64,000 nucleotides of DNA from NCBI RefSeq assembly GCF_018350175.1, contig NC_058368.1:100442001-100506000 (forward strand), given 5' to 3'. The stretch comes from Felis catus (taxonomy: Eukaryota). Shown here one piece after another: positions 63,578-64,000 of this stretch. The notes beneath the pieces were generated by a model. It worked only from the letters and a program-made list of their open reading frames with translations. It did no database searches and was not told where the DNA came from. Both the position numbers and the translations under genes were made by a program. How positions within the stretch are numbered: position 1 is the first letter of the stretch; the number at the start of each line of letters is the position of its first letter.

Positions 63578-64000
63578 AACGCAAGCATTGCAGATACCAC
63601 AGTACTAAGCCCAGAAGAGAAAAGAATTAAAAAAAAAAAGGTAAAATCAGAAAATCAAGGAAACGGAGACTAGCCAGGCTGCCGAGGCAATGCATTCTGT
63701 GTCTAATGATGTTGTTAGGACACCACAGATGCTGATCCTTAAATCAGGCGTGTTCACCATCTTTACCATCCAAGTTCTTTATGAAATGGATAAATTATGC
63801 TTGCTTGAAATAAATAGAACTGATGTGTTCCTTACCACAAGCTTAGTTTTGTGCAGACTTTGTAAAATGAACACACAAAGTCTTCTACCTTTACAGAAAT
63901 GGAGACACACTTAGATGTTAAAGAAAGAGACAGTGTGTTTCCTTTAAGTAAGCTGAAGTCTGGGGCCCCTGCCCCACCTCCCTCCCCCTGGGCTAGTAAA

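Overview
Mammalian genomic DNA, almost certainly from a felid: about 37 Can-SINEs are present, several of them young SINEC_Fc-type copies. The window holds the 3' part of SNCAIP (synphilin-1) on the + strand. Coding exons, in human transcript numbering 4-11, are 18977-19845, 21714-21893, 28470-28583, 36418-36543, 41421-41590, 46999-47091, 47633-48701 and 61167-61172 (Ala + TAA). All have AG/GT boundaries and compatible phases; the 3'UTR carries AATAAA at 61709. The first coding exons were not found and presumably lie upstream. A 71-nt cassette exon at 50002-50072 matches synphilin-1A 'exon 9A': it shifts the last exon into a second frame ending at 61251 and is surrounded by six TGCATG (RBFOX) motifs. 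The introns contain a decayed full-length Tigger1 inside a multi-layer L2/Tigger1/L1/Charlie/SINE nest, plus L1, HAL1-like, MLT1 and MIR relics. I found no convincing wholly new system. The best leads are the regulated alternative C-termini (including a possible third terminal exon), a G>D change breaking the putative P-loop motif, and a template-switch palindrome. Repeat family names and cross-species comparisons come from recalled consensus or orthologue sequences, not from a database search; repeat boundaries are approximate.
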